Shown piece by piece: positions 63,681 to 64,000 of a DNA stretch of 64,000 nucleotides. The notes beneath the pieces were generated by a model that saw only the letters and a list, made by a program, of their open reading frames with translations, had not been told where the DNA came from and did no database searches. The translations under genes were made by a program, and so were the position numbers. Within the stretch, counting starts at the first letter, position 1, and every line of letters begins with the position of its first letter. Source of the DNA: Camelus ferus (Eukaryota); assembly GCF_009834535.1 (NCBI RefSeq), contig NC_045697.1, positions 115,818,001-115,882,000 of the forward strand, given 5' to 3'.

Positions 63681-64000
63681 TATTACTGAATTAGTCCCAC
63701 AGGCTGAGGCTCTCTGCCTGGGCAGTGGGGGTTTCCATTTAGTTCAGGTAGGTGAATAAGGAAACTAAAGCTGAAACTGACACAGCACAAGCTTTATTCA
63801 ATGGCCAAAGGATGGAGAAGTCGGAGCTAAGTTCACAGATCCATCTCTCGGAGACGGATTTAATTTTAAAGAGTAAAGACAAAGAAGGAGGAGAGAGGCT
63901 AATGACAGAGAGGCATGTGCATGAGTCTCCAGGGAAGGGGCAGGGCTTTTTCCAAGGGAGTGGGGTGCCACCCCCTTTTTATCCTTTTTATGGTCCTTAA
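63681..64000 (-). mobile_element. ERV1-class LTR running off the window edge
   Basis: Minus-strand AATAAA (GCTTTATTC near 63791) and the GCATGTGCATGAG...CCAGGGAAGGGGCAGGG block typical of ERV1 LTRs. Confidence 0.6.

Noticed and set aside
1..64000. CRISPR arrays, rRNA, numts or prokaryote-type systems
   Set aside because: I saw no repeat-spacer periodicity, rRNA or mitochondrial similarity, or operon-like ORFs; the sequence is mammalian and repeat-rich.

Overview
Mammalian genomic DNA, AT-rich and repeat-dense, with no protein-coding gene I can recognise. It is probably a camelid: four copies of a tRNA(Ala)-like SINE with the tail motif AAACCTAATTACCTCCCCC and the young L1 3' ends match my recollection of camelid families. 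The ORFs I can assign are decayed L1, ERV-L or Tigger1 fragments; the rest look like chance ORFs. Main content: a truncated MLT2/ERV-L provirus with integrase and dUTPase remnants (5.7-8.0 kb), a nested L1 pile-up (13.5-22.5 kb), a full-length Tigger1 carrying two later insertions (23.0-25.6 kb), and a dense, mostly minus-strand cluster of solo LTRs (37-64 kb), several with intact 4-bp TSDs. Most unusual local features: an orphan polyadenylated retro-insertion inside the Tigger1 end, a SINE with 65 bp of extra sequence inside its TSD, a fold-back hairpin at an L1 junction, head-to-head inverted L1 arms, a MER41-like LTR with a GAS motif, a CpG-retaining LTR-like element next to a GATA/E-box/AP-1 cluster, and a weak candidate minus-strand terminal exon at 4.3 kb. 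I found no convincing new biological system. Family names come from recalled consensus sequences, not from a search, and the boundaries of old elements are approximate.
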